DNA of 64,000 nucleotides, taken from the NCBI RefSeq assembly GCF_006345805.1, contig NC_042998.1, positions 72,850,001 to 72,914,000 of the forward strand. The letters are read 5' to 3'. This document shows positions 10,973 through 23,789 of this stretch, piece by piece. The notes beneath the pieces were generated by a model, which ran no database searches, was not told the DNA's origin, and saw only the letters and a list, made by a program, of their open reading frames with translations. The stretch is from Octopus sinensis. Its lineage: Eukaryota. A program made the translations under genes and the position numbers. Position 1 is the stretch's first letter; each line of letters starts with the position of its first letter.

Positions 10973-11170
10973 GGCGTAGGAGTGTCTGTGTGGTAAATAG
11001 CTCGGCGTAGGAGTAGCTGTGTGGTAAGTAGCTTGCTTACCAGCCACATGGTTCCGCTTTCAGTCCCATTACGTGGCACCTTGGGCAAGTGTCTTCAACT
11101 ATAGCCACGGGCCTACCAAAGCCTTGTGAGTGGATTTGGTAGACGGAAAATGAAAGAAGCCCCTCGTATA
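10973..11170 (+). mobile_element. tRNA-derived SINE with CORE-like GGCACCTTGGGCAAG segment and tandemly duplicated 5' head
   Basis: A-box-like TGGTAAGTAG and B-box-like GCTTTCAGTCCC. The head 10973-11003 is repeated from 11004, and the element ends in (TA)n. Confidence 0.75.
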
Positions 11171-11174
11171 TATG

Positions 11175-11234
<60 letters not shown>

Positions 11235-11244
11235 TAAATATAAC

Positions 11245-11367
11245 AATTGCAGCGTGGAAGGTGTTTGTAAGCCATTTAAGAAACACACAAAAGCCGTTCG
11301 ATTCACTTCAACATTTAAGTTTAATTTGTCAAAATATTTTCGTCGCTAAAATCCGCGACCTGTTCAC
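11245..11367 (-). repeat. Dispersed repeat, same family as the 6841-6997 fold-back, ending in a hammerhead-like motif
   Basis: AACAATTGCAGCGTGGAAGGTGTTTGTAAGCCATTTAAGAAACAC is shared with 6831-6875. Confidence 0.85.
11325..11367 (-). ncRNA. Truncated hammerhead-like motif, G3-C8 core variant
   Basis: GUGAACA-G-GUCGC GGAUUUUA GCGAC-GAAA-AUAU-UU-UGACAAA. It aligns with the 4762-4808 motif, but the 5' strand of helix I is missing. Confidence 0.5.
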
Positions 11368-11398
11368 ATAATATAAAAACATATATGTGTTTGTATGT

Positions 11399-11435
<37 letters not shown>

Positions 11436-11804
11436 GGGGGGGGGGGTAGATAGGTAGGTATCAATATTTATATTCATATCTCAATGGGTAGAGCAAAAAT
11501 ATTTCCATCGTACATTTCAATAAAACCGTCAAATATCTCATTGCATTCATATGCACTATACTACCTTTCAGGCATGTATCTCCTTGAATCTGTGAGTATA
11601 CTATACTATGTGTTCTGTATTCTTTCTTGTTTGCCATCTGAACACATCATGGTTACGTATATATGTACTCACCTAGGTTTGTATGTAAACATGTATGTAC
11701 CTTTCTATATATATTTGCGTGTGTATGTGGGGTGTTTGTGCGTGTGTATGTATACATACATATATACATGTATATTACGTATATACTATTTTATTTTACT
11801 ACGT

Positions 11805-12010
11805 TACTTGTTTCTGTTTGTTGAGTGCATCTATGCTGGAGCACCGCTTTGAAGGGTTTTTATTCAAGCAAGTCGAAACCAGGACATTTCTAAGCCTAGT
11901 ACTTATTCTAACCGTCACTTTTATCGAATTACTAAGTTATGAGGACGTAAAAAAGCCAACAATGATTGTCTAGTGGTAATGAAGAGCCAAATACAGACAC
12001 AAACACAAAT
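11805..12010 (-). mobile_element. 3' part of a SINE with a LINE-like tail (GCGGTGCTCCAGCAT...GAAACAAGTAA)
   Basis: The tail resembles the 3' end of the CR1-type LINE at ~60110-60170; sits between microsatellites. Confidence 0.55.
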
Positions 12011-12113
12011 ATACATGTATATATATATATTGATATATATATATAATATACATATATACACACACACATATATATATATATACATATATATATATGTATA
12101 TATCTATATATCT

Positions 12114-12146
<33 letters not shown>

Positions 12147-12200
12147 CATATATATATATATACATATATATATATACATACATATATATATATATATTAT

Positions 12201-12312
<112 letters not shown>

Positions 12313-12339
12313 ATAATATGTTACATTTACTCAATAGCC

Positions 12340-12402
12340 AAATAAAACTCTGAGTTTCAGATGCCGAAGTGGAAATCCACAACACCATCTCTTCGGTTAT
12401 CT
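12340..12402 (-). ncRNA. Hammerhead-like motif with extended stem II (CCGAAGA core)
   Basis: AGAUAA-CCGAAGA-GAUG..GUGGA UU UCCAC..CAUC-U-GAAA-CUC A GAG-UU-UUAUUU. Helix III is identical to the 20.3 and 44.1 kb motifs. Confidence 0.5.
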
Positions 12403-13103
12403 GGCCATCTGTATGTTTGTATGTATGTATATGTAGAAGTTAGTAGGGACGCATGCACATTGCAACGTTTGGATATTTACCCAAAACTTTTTAATCCTTC
12501 CATGTGCTTCTTGTGAATGTATTAAGCAGTGCTTCTATGATTCACACCAAAAATTAATTGAAGATTCAGCAGAAGAGAGGAAATTGTCGTAAATGCCATT
12601 CCCAAGCACTCCCTACTCTCGTTTTGGTATGATGACAGGAGGCCTAGGCGAAATGTCGTATAAGAGAAAGTATGGGTTCTGCAGTGCATCTAACCCAACA
12701 TATTCGTTACATTCACTTTGCGGAGACAGAAAAGAGATACATATGGAAATGAAATTTTTTGCAGAACAAGAGACACTTTTCAACCAAGCGTGAAATTATT
12801 TTATCATTTCTTAATAATACCAGTAGAAATAACTTCCTACACTTTAAATTAACACGTGGTTTTGGTTTTCTTTTTTTTTTATGTCGTTGCATTTTTGGTG
12901 GGGTGGTTGATGTTTTGGTAATTTTATTCTTTTACTTATCTTGATAAATCTTATTGTCGGGAGCACTCCTTGAATATGTAAAGGTCAGTATAACTTCCGA
13001 AATTCCTCTTTCATGACATACATCTACGTCATGGTCTCAAGACGTTTTCCTTGTGAACTACAGTTTCATAGATATTAAAATGTTTGTTTCTTTTCCCACT
13101 TTT

Positions 13104-13122
13104 CTACTACTACTACTACTAT

Positions 13123-13173
<51 letters not shown>

Positions 13174-13186
13174 TGCTAATAATAAC

Positions 13187-13223
<37 letters not shown>

Positions 13224-13262
13224 GTAATAATAATATTAATAATTATAATAATAATAATAATA

Positions 13263-13337
<75 letters not shown>

Positions 13338-13346
13338 GTAGTAGTA

Positions 13347-13394
<48 letters not shown>

Positions 13395-13418
13395 TTAATA
13401 ATATTAATATTTTTAAAT
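13104..13418 (+). repeat. Compound (CTA)n/(TAA)n microsatellite
   Basis: Direct reading. Confidence 0.97.
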
Positions 13419-13419
13419 A

Positions 13420-13580
13420 GAAATGAGCAAAATGTGGAACCTGAAGACTAAAACAATACCTGTTGTCATACGTGCCCAGGGAATGATAGTAAAAAGGGGC
13501 TGATTGCTACCTAGCTCAGATACCAGGAAACCCTAAAATGGCAAAAATTTAAAAGATAGTGCTCATGGGAACTGCTCACA
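13420..13580 (+). mobile_element. R4/Dong-like element C-terminal (post-RLE) fragment
   Basis: EMSKMWNLKTKTIPVVI.A.GMI...ADCYLAQIPGNPKMAKI*KIVLMGTAH; follows (TAA)n. Confidence 0.75.
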
Positions 13581-15056
13581 GGTATTTAAAGTCACCGGCT
13601 GACACTCGCTGACCATACATCGAAGAGTCCAGGGAACAGAAGAAAGAAGAAAGAAGACATGCACCCAACCGCAGAGGTGAAGACACCTCCACGTCAAAAC
13701 GGCAGAGGAGTAGGGGCCGAAATCGGCCCCTACTTGAGTTAACTGGATCCTATAAAGAAACTGTTGTTGTAGCAGACCACGAAACACGGTTGTAATTCCT
13801 CCTTACCAACAATATTAACTTACAGTATAAGTAACCCTATAAGTTATAATTATATTAATATGGACGCCGAAAATCACACTATAAAGTAGAAGTTTTAGTA
13901 TTACATGAGCCATAAATCATTGTGAATGATCAATTACATATAGCTAGCACAATTACATACGCTAGCACAAAATCATTGAATCAAAATGAAAGAGATAATT
14001 AGGGTAAAAAAAATTATAGCTTATTTCATTTTTGTATTAGACACTTCACGTAAATCTGTTATGGAAAATATCTTAAGAGACTCGAAGACGTTACATTGGT
14101 TATGAAAATAAATGCTCCTGGAAGTGTGTAGAAAGCAAAATGCTACTCAGTTACAAACGTGTTCGCATCTGAAACAAACAAATGTTTAAAGAAATCTTCA
14201 GTTTTTCATTACATTTCCCATACACAAATACACACATACACACAGACACACATATATACACACAGACACACACATAGACACAAATTCATTCTTAGGTCAA
14301 ATATATACAGCAGAATTCATATATTATCAAACTAAAAAACTTACTCAGCACCTAAGTTATATATACACTGAGAGAAAGAGAGAGAGAGAAAAGACATATA
14401 TAGATACATATATGTATACATATGTGCGTATGTGTTCGTCTGTGTGTGTGTTTCTGTGTGTGTATGTGTGTGAGCAATTGTGTGTATGCACATGTCTGTG
14501 TATGTGTACGTATTTATGTATGCATGTATATTCTTTCTGCCACAACACACTATCTATGTATGTATATAACGACCACCCGAAAATACGACTAAACAACGCA
14601 GAGGTCTACCGGAAAATCTCTTAAAAAGTGTAATACATTTTCTGCACACTCAGCGACTGACAGCAAAACACATGCCATTAATAACAGGCTACTTACGAAA
14701 ATCTAACGTCACCAGGCAAAGTAACACAAATTCTATATTGCTTATAAACTGCACAATGCAAACAGTAAAATAACAAAAACAGTTTACAAACCAAATATTA
14801 TAACACTGCAAAACAGACGTCGTGTACTAACACATTTTTCTATTCCCTAAAGACATTGCTACAATTGTGATTATACGCTTGGTGATGCAGTCTGTATAAA
14901 CTGTTGTAAATGAGATGACGATGATGATGGTGATTCTCATATTTTCCACACGAGCATTAGATGAACAGGCAATGCAAAGCTAAATCCTTTATTTAAATGC
15001 ATTCAAAGCGTCTTGCAAGTGTGTTTAGAATGGAAGGCATGCGGTTTGTATACATG

Positions 15057-15088
<32 letters not shown>

Positions 15089-15112
15089 AGCATGAATATA
15101 TGTGTATATATA

Positions 15113-15350
15113 TACTAGTGTTACAACCCGATTTCATTCGGGTCTACTCGGGCCACATTTTAAAGATGAGGAATTTTGCCCTAGAGGCCACGCCTTTCAA
15201 TTGAGCAATTTCAAACTTGCCGTGCACACTCCCCAGCACTTTCAACATATGTGTGCAAATTTTCAGGTCAATCCAACCACATTTACTAATACTTTGCCTG
15301 CACAACTGCTTGCGAGACAACGTCTGCCATTTTCACAAATATATATATAA
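15113..15350. mobile_element. Possible non-autonomous Helitron/Helentron-type repeat
   Basis: Begins TACTAG..AACCCG-ATTTCATT-CGGGT (subterminal hairpin typical of such invertebrate repeats), embedded in (TA)n. Confidence 0.35.
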
Positions 15351-15521
15351 CACTAGACTATATTACGTACATATATAGGGACAGATAGAGAGACAGAGAG
15401 ACAAATACATCACTCTGCTTCTCAATTTGTGTATACGTCTATCAATCTCTACATATACATACATACATGCATACATGCACACACATATAAATATAGATAA
15501 ATATACATACATACATTCATT

Positions 15522-15553
<32 letters not shown>

Positions 15554-15644
15554 TTGTATAGTATAGTATAGTGTAGTATATGGATAGATTCATACAAACG
15601 CACACACAAGCAAAGACACACACAAGCAAAGAGACACACACACA

Positions 15645-15720
<76 letters not shown>

Positions 15721-15764
15721 AATATATATATATTACCTTATATTTTATTATATATACACACCCT

Positions 15765-16043
15765 TCTGTCTGTCTGTGTCTCTTCTAGGATCTCGGGCAT
15801 TCTCCATCCGATTGCGATCAAATTTGGTATGTATCTTGAAAAATTACAAAAATGGATTCCAGGCGAGAACGCGATCGATAAAGCCGTGCATCAGCTGTTG
15901 CAATCCATACTACGTGTATGTTAAATTAGTGTTTCTCAAAGGAGAGGTCTATGGGACGGTTGGACAAGTTTTTTATGAGAAAATCTGGTTTAAATGTTTG
16001 ACAACTCATCACCGTCCATTGGATTGTGGGAAACGTTCTGCTC

Positions 16044-16050
<7 letters not shown>
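15765..16050. mobile_element. Possible DINE-1/HINE-like repeat fragment
   Basis: CTGTCTGT microsatellite followed by ATCTCGG..CCGATT..AAATTTGGTA motif; family call is by recall only. Confidence 0.3.
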
Positions 16051-16088
<38 letters not shown>

Positions 16089-16119
16089 TATATATATGTG
16101 TGTGTGTGTATATATTTAT

Positions 16120-16515
16120 GTCAATTCACTTTCGAGTGCTACTGGTAACATGTAACCAGTACAACCTGGTGCATGGTCGGGTCGTCGGCGACTAAATCGG
16201 CAACCCCACCAAGCTTCCTTGGTGAGGAGGGTATTTATTGGACACCCTGCGGGATGAAAAATAAAACCCATCAAAGGGCGGAGGAACTCTTGACAGTCAA
16301 CGGCCATCCCAAATATATCTTGAGGCTGTATCATGCACGGGGACATAGAAATAATCGTACTGAATACCCGATCACGCGGTTAAACCATTGGGACTGAAGG
16401 TGCACAGTCTTTCCTCACTATAAAAAGAAACTTCTTGCACAGGCATTGCACGATAACAACATTGATTAAGCTTCGTGCAATGGCCATACTCGATAACGAG
16501 GGGAAAGCCACCATA
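16120..16515 (+). mobile_element. GC-richer interspersed repeat, probably an RTE-type LINE 5' region
   Basis: Non-coding GC island between (TA)n tracts; resembles a recalled cephalopod RTE 5' UTR (not verifiable here). Confidence 0.35.
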
Positions 16516-16744
16516 TGTGTATATATATATATATCTATATATATATAACACTGTCCAAATGATGTTGGCATCGCCTTTAAGATACACACAAGACTTAAAC
16601 TCCGTGTTATTCGCCCACAATATAAATCATACACGCATTTTATAAAAATAATACGACACTAATATTTCACCACAATTGCTCCCTCTTCAAAATTGCTCAT
16701 CCGACACTTAACTCGGTGCTTTATTAACTACTATTGACTTCTTT

Positions 16745-17580
16745 GTATCTCTCGCTAAACTGACACCATTTTTTCAGATAGATTCTCTTTCGTATAATAT
16801 TTTCTTCTTTTATTTTGCATTCTTGTGTTCCAATTAAGATGCTCTTCTATTTGGAATGTCTTCTGTCTTGTTTAACTTTTCCTTGTCTTTACCTTTTTCT
16901 TCCATCCATTCTCTTGCTAATTTCCAAATGTTTCCTCTACTACTTTTTGATAGCATTTCTTTCCATTTAGGTATTTTATGCGACTGATGGATACTTCATT
17001 TTTTTATTGGTAGAAAAATTTGATTTAGCTAACGTATAAGCTGAATAAGATCAGATAATTTAGGCTTAATTGTGTTGAGAATATCTTTGATGGCAACATT
17101 TCCCTAACTCCTTCCACCAGAATATTTTATGTTTATATTTCTTTGTGATGTTTATCAATTTCTTCTTCTGATTACTTTCGGATGTTCGATTCTAATTTCT
17201 TCCATCATGGTTTCAATATTTTCATCCTTCTCTTCAACAAACGGATCGTTGTTTCACTCATCGGCACCTGCATTATTTCGTCTTTTCAGTCCATTGTTCT
17301 ACTTCCTTTAGTGGTAGTCTTAAGTCAATATACTGAGCATGTCTTCTTTCATAAACTGCATTCATAGCTAAGTCTTTTATTTCAACAGTTTTTTCTTTAA
17401 TCTTTATTCATTCTTTTTTTTTTGTCATTGTATCCCTTCTTATATTCGTTTGCGCTTTAGGTTTAGATATTAACGGGATACGCTCACTTCTATATTACCA
17501 GATGTTAAATAAACTTTCTGAAAGATAGCACTTTGTTTTGCTTTTCTTTTTAAAAATATGTTGTAGGAAGCAGATCTCAC
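16745..17580 (-). mobile_element. Decayed N-terminal part of an R4/Dong-like ORF
   Basis: Minus-strand fragments include CYL...FNIW.YR...TNIRRDTM and HKIPKWKEM, similar in character to the 22.7-23.6 kb fragment. Confidence 0.45.
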
Positions 17581-17760
17581 ACTTTTTTACTCCTCAGAAG
17601 ATGGTTCAATTTTAAGTTATTAGGCTGTGAGTCTTCGAGAACTTGATCATACAGAATACCAGTATTATTATTATTATTATTAATGAGCATCTATAATATA
17701 CCTTAACACATTTTAGTCTTAGCGTATTAATATATATATTCTATATATGTATACGCTATA

Positions 17761-17827
17761 AGGCGGCGAACTGGCAGAAACGTAAGGACGCCGGGCGAAA
17801 TGCTTAGCCGAATTTCATCTGTCTTTA
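17761..17827 (+). mobile_element. 5' (tRNA-like) head of the same SINE as 7301
   Basis: GGCGGCGAACTGGCAGAAACG..ACGCCGGGCGAAATGCTTAGC aligns with 7301-7360. Confidence 0.75.
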
Positions 17828-17835
17828 AGATCAAA

Positions 17836-18050
17836 AAATGCAACGCGAAATTTGTTGCAGATATTTCCTTAGATATGAGCTACATTCATTAACTGTACGA
17901 ATGTGTCATCTTCCAATACAAAGTCTCTTAGATTAGATAAAAAAACAACAACCTTCCGACTAATTTTCAAGCAGTCACGCGTATTTACAACTTCTGGTTC
18001 AACAGTTTAGTCTCCACTGCTGTCAATTATTTATGACGTGGTTAAAAAGT
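17836..18050 (+). repeat. Unclassified dispersed repeat (second copy 20915-21100)
   Basis: Shared AACTGTACGAAT.TG.CATCTTCC.ATACAAA.TCTCT.AGATTAGATAAAAAAA...CAACCTT.CGACTAATTTTCAA. Confidence 0.85.
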
Positions 18051-18559
18051 TAGTTGAAGGGAGACATATAGAGAAAGGGGGTTAGAAATACAATGTTTAG
18101 CAGAGGGGTGTTGTTCGGATGGTGGGGGTTAAAGAAAGATAGATACAAAGAGAAACAGCGAGAGGCGAAATAGAGAGAAATGGCTTTATTCCCAGCCGAT
18201 GCATTAATATACCTTGTGGTCAGGGGTATTTAGAGGTGAAGTCAAAGAGGAAGAGAAACGATAACGACGTGAAGAATGGTTAAACACTTTGTTGAAGGAA
18301 AAAGTAGAGAAAAAGAAATATAGAAAGAGAGAGAGAGAGAGAAAAGAAGAGAGAGAGAGAGAAAATGAGAGAGAGAGGGAGATGGAGGGCGACATATAAA
18401 GTGTTTAGCAAAAGGAAATTGAAAACATCATACGTTATTGTGACTAAGAAGAAGATAACATTTTAATATTCATTTTTTTTTCTATATCCTCTATCTGCCG
18501 ATCTATTTATCTATCTATTCACATTGACAAACACATTGATGGGTGGACAGGAAAAGGAA

Positions 18560-18621
18560 TAATAATAATGATAATAATAATAATGATAATAATAATAATA
18601 AAATAATAATAATAATAATAA

Positions 18622-18665
<44 letters not shown>

Positions 18666-18681
18666 TAATAATAATAAAATG

Positions 18682-18735
<54 letters not shown>

Positions 18736-18748
18736 TAATAATAATAAA
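18560..18748 (+). repeat. Imperfect (TAA)n microsatellite
   Basis: Direct reading. Confidence 0.97.
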
Positions 18749-20099
18749 TTTATCAGAGACAGATGAATTTATCAATGAAAGCAAAATGACTTAGTAAAAG
18801 AGGTAATGTTTTTAAAAATAACAAAAATGTTATTATTCTTATTAAAATTTGTTATTCGAACATTGTATTCACAAGAAAAGTAGATATAAACAAACAGCTG
18901 ACTGAAATGAGTTGATATAATCTTGGTTGACAAACAACTTATACTGAGCTTTGTTACTGATATGATGGTCATGGTGATCGTTGTGGGGGGTGGCGGTGAT
19001 GAGTGGATAATAAAAGAGCAGTTTTCTTTTTTAATTCAACTACATTTTTATAGTGCGTATCACATAAGGCATACATATAAGTGCAATTATATATTGTCAG
19101 CTGGCGCTAAAAGTGATATGTGTTTATAGAATAAGGATGACAGGCGATGTAAGCTAACAATAGGAAGAATGAGACTGTATAGGCAGCGACGTAAAGAGAA
19201 GCCGGGAGTCGAATCACTTGAACAATCATGGACGGATCTGTGTGTAGAAAGAAGAAATATGAACTAAAGAGTATAGAGTGAGTATTTAAAACAGATAAGA
19301 GAAATTATTGAAGAACATAGAATGTGAGAGAACGTCAATACAACTGTAAACATATGGTTGAAAGCATTGGTGACATCAATATATACTGCAATCATTGTGA
19401 AGCTCTTAGATTTATAACTGAAACTCTGAACTGCTGAGAGAATATAAAGTCGTGCTACCTCAATTACAGCCTTATCCAGAACGACTGAAATGTGCTTTTA
19501 AATGAAAATAATGCAGAGTATACGGTTTATAAAGGGTCATTCATTTTTACGCTCCATATAAACTTACAACCATCTCAAACATTTCGTATTTACTGTGGAA
19601 TTTCCACGAATAGAGCTAGTACATATTATTATTCTTTCAGAAGTATATTCTAATATCAAAGTTTTCGATCATAGCTCGGGGTTTGTCATCTGAATTTATT
19701 TTTTATTTTTACATTAAATATTTTGAAAGTTATTGTTTCTGTCAAGAAGATGTTCTTTGCTTCAACCAGTTCGACGTCCCTCATCAAATGCAACACTGTA
19801 CTACATAGCAATATTCGCTAATCTCGATGAAAATATTAGATGAAGACATAGTCAGATACAGCTTGACGGGTATATGTCTGTAATATGCCGTATGGGAAAC
19901 CAATGTTTTCAAAAAATTAGGTTTAAAAAAATATGGAATTTTCTTATATAGGGATAGTATTATAATCCCATACAAAACCTTTTTTCCAAATTTTAAGCCT
20001 CAAAATTAGGGGGTTCTATATACACGAGGGTTCCTTAAACGCGTATACGGTATACACACACACACGCATATATATATATATATAGATATATATATATAT

Positions 20100-20150
<51 letters not shown>

Positions 20151-20163
20151 TAGATAGATAGAT

Positions 20164-20202
<39 letters not shown>

Positions 20203-20203
20203 T

Positions 20204-20249
<46 letters not shown>

Positions 20250-20405
20250 TTTAGCAAAAACTTTCCGACAAACGGGTACGTGAAACTCAGAGTAACAAGT
20301 TTTTATTGAATTTTCTGCTGCTTTTAAATAAATCATATTACTCTACCACTGGTATTTGAGTACTCTTTTTTTCACCTTGCTTCACATTTATGTGTTTACT
20401 CCGGT
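20250..20405 (+). repeat. Short repeat family B (second copy 44085-44170, opposite strand) with decayed hammerhead motif at 20261-20299
   Basis: CCGACAA-ACG GGUA CGU-GAAA-CUC A GAG-UA, followed by ..TTGAATTTTCTGCTGCTT shared with the 44.1 kb copy. Confidence 0.75.
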
Positions 20406-20914
20406 ATATATATATATATATATATATAGATATAGATACATATAAGAGAGAGAGAGAGATGTATGTACACACACACATATGTATATAAATACGTGTGTGT
20501 ATATGTGTATTCATCAATGGAATAGAAGAAAGAACAGTATGCATTAAATTATTAAATCTTTAACGACAGATAAAGGGATACTTAAGCTGTTGGTGGTTGC
20601 TACTTTGCTTGATAACAAAGGGAAATTATTGCTTCACAAGATGCACTTAGAAAAGTGGTCGTATATAGATATGTAAATATTAATGCAAATAAAATCAAGG
20701 GAAACTCAAAGCCATCCCAACCTAAACGAACTGCCAAATAAAAGAAAAAGTGCGGCACTCTCAAGTGTTCCAATCTGTCACGTGACGAACCACCTAAGTG
20801 CTTTCTGTCCACAGCAGCTGATAAAAGCAGGCCCACACTTTTAGCTGCACCAAACCCAATACACAAAAGCAACAAAACCCTGCCACCATTATACCATCAG
20901 TACCAAGATGAACA

Positions 20915-21100
20915 GATGCAGCGCAAAATTTGTAGCAGAAATTTCTTTAGATATGCACTATTCATGAACTGTACGAATATGCCATCTTCCGATACAAAAT
21001 CTCTAAGATTAGATAAAAAAAGAACAACCTTACGACTAATTTTCAAAAAGAGTCAGGTGTATTTACAACTGCTGTCAATTATCTTGTTTAAAAAAAGGGG
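20915..21100 (+). repeat. Unclassified dispersed repeat (copy of 17836-18050)
   Basis: Aligns with the 17.8 kb copy apart from an internal deletion. Confidence 0.85.
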
Positions 21101-21589
21101 TCAGATCACCTTCACTTAATATTTTACTTTCATGGTAGAGGAAAAGGCACATTCGATGACGTAGGGTCGACTTATCTCTAAAATACGGAATGACCATGGC
21201 TAGAAGAATTTTAATTCGATACCTGCTTAATAAGGCTTGACATGATGATAAACTACGCCGATAACAACCAGCATTGATTCATACGATGAGTCGTGATATT
21301 ACATATTCCATGTTATATGTTATGAATAGTAAGTAACAAACTTTCAAGTAATGATATTCCAGCAATAAAATATTGTATATTTAGATAATGTTTACTGCAG
21401 TCAAGTACCTCTTTGAAAAGTTCCAGATTGTCATTGATTGGTATGTCTTTGATTCTTGAGTCAACTTTTGATTTAAAGGCTACTAGCACCATCACCATCG
21501 CTGCCACCACCACCACCTCGACTACTGCCAATCATGATAACTCTAATAATGATAGTGATTAACAAGTGCAGTAATATCAATACTATGGC

Positions 21590-21614
21590 GATAATAATGA
21601 TGATGATGATGATG

Positions 21615-21671
<57 letters not shown>

Positions 21672-21782
21672 TAAAAGTAATAATAATAATAATAATAATA
21701 AAATAATAATAATAATAATGATAATAATAATAATGATAATAATAATGATGATAATAATAATAATAATAGTAATAGTAGTAAT

Positions 21783-21817
<35 letters not shown>

Positions 21818-21821
21818 TAAA

Positions 21822-21853
<32 letters not shown>

Positions 21854-21909
21854 TAATAATAATAATAATAAAAATTTTTTAAAATAGTATAATAATAATA
21901 ATAATAAAA

Positions 21910-21973
<64 letters not shown>

Positions 21974-22030
21974 TAATAATAATAGACTTAGTAATTTTAA
22001 TATTTCTATTAATAATAATAATAATAACAA
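21590..22030 (+). repeat. Long imperfect (TGA)n/(TAA)n microsatellite
   Basis: Direct reading. Confidence 0.97.
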
Positions 22031-22031
22031 T

Positions 22032-22540
22032 AAATGCCCTGATGCAGTACCAGGCAGTGCCTCTCATGGAATCTGATCTTAACTGATTGGAAATGTTATC
22101 ATGTACATTGTTTTGTTTTGGTATAAAAGATGGGCAAATACAAGAAATATTCTGCTCAATAACACAGATTTGCTTGTCAGTTGTTTGATCTTAACCAGTT
22201 GAGCATGTCATGTAGTGGCTGAAGATATGTGCATCTCTGATCATGAGCAGAAGTAGTTGGGGAGCATCATAGCCGGCTGTTGAAAGGAATTCTTAGAGGT
22301 TTGGATAATTCACCTTTGGAAACATGAGTGGTTCCTTCAACATCCTTAAACAATCCTTATTCAGGGACCTTTTGAGCTGGATAGGCTACTTGACCAGAAG
22401 AAAATTATAATTGGGCTCCACCTGCAAGGTCATGCGCTATTTATCTTGATACGAGATCACGATGTTGCACACATACGATTGTGATGCATGTTCCTTACCA
22501 TACAGCCACTCCTGCGCTTATCAGGCGGGTAGTCTTCTCG
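22032..22540. repeat. Non-coding interspersed repeat abutting (TAA)n; unclassified
   Basis: Sharp compositional change at the microsatellite edge; no credible ORF. Confidence 0.45.
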
Positions 22541-22545
22541 GTATG

Positions 22546-22705
22546 TTCAGACCGGACCATCAAAGCAAATAAACCAAATATTTTTTGTGAATGACAAAAA
22601 CAATAATGTTTGTTTATTGATTGACATGAGCATATCCTGTGATAATGACATCTCGGGAAAAGAATTTGATAAGCTCAGAAAATGCAGACACTGAAGCCAA
22701 TAGAG
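22546..22705 (+). mobile_element. Restriction-like endonuclease (PD..D-type) fragment of an R4/Dong-like element
   Basis: DRTIKANKP(N)I..(V)NDKNNNVCLLIDMSISCDNDISGKEFDKL. Confidence 0.75.
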
Positions 22706-22719
22706 AGAAAATACTTGAG

Positions 22720-23640
22720 GCGAAAACGACATCCTGAGAGAGCTAGGTATTTCTAAATATCTAGATTCGAATGAGAGATCAATTACCAAAGTTTCAGAAC
22801 GCCAAATCAAACCACTGCACGGTAAAAAATTTATTAATGTGCCCTGAAGCAACTTCTCCTTGAAACGGAGAAAGTTTTAACCTCATTAAACCATCTTTTA
22901 TACTCAACAGCTATTGCTACCACAAAGAAGATAGGTGTCAAGATATTAAAAAACAGTTCAGAGAAAAGATGAGCCATCAAGGTAGAAAGAGCGCTTGAAT
23001 AAGGAAATCGAGAGCTTCCGGAGGGAATTATCGATCTTAGACGAACTTTGCAAACGTTATAATGTAAAGACGACAACGGCTAGAAAGATAAAGGAAAAAT
23101 ACAATCTGATAAACGTGTGAGAGCAAAAGACTGTTAAGCATAAAATGTAGGTTATGGTCTAACACTTACTTAAGCATGAAAAAAGAAACAAATTTTGCAG
23201 ACAAAATAGAATATATAAAACTGATGCTAAAAGAAATTCTCCAGAGAGTTAGGGAAGTAGTCGATCGAAGTGAAAGACCCACCTGATATAAAAGAAGTAA
23301 TGACATTTTGGAAAAGCATTGAGCGACAGAAAGGAATTCAGCATGGGTATGGAGAGAGGATAGGTATGGAAAGAAGAAAAATGACTGAGATTGAAGAACA
23401 CAGATGGGACGATGCAACAATACAGAAACCAATTCAAGCTCTATATAAAACTCACATGTAGAAGTCTCCTGGACATGATAAAATTCCAAACCTCTGGCTT
23501 AATAGATACTCATCATCTCACTGTCAGTTAATTAAATGTCTCTCTGATATCATCGGAAAAACCGAAAATACTCCAAGCTAATTAACCTTAGAGATAACAT
23601 ACATACTCCCTAAAACCAGCGACACAAGAATCCCCAAATA
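22720..23640 (+). mobile_element. R4/Dong-like ORF fragment up to RT domain 1, ending in (CAA)n
   Basis: KSPGHDKIPNLWLN...ITYILPKTSDTRIPKY; many stops and frameshifts. Confidence 0.75.
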
Positions 23641-23789
23641 CTACAACAAAAACAACAACAACAACAACAACAATAAACCGAAAGTGAATCAACATTTCTA
23701 ATGGAATTGTAAGTGATAATATGAGGACTTATTGAAAGTAAGAAGACAAGAAGAAAACGAAGCAGGATGTAAGAGGAGGAGATAAAGAA

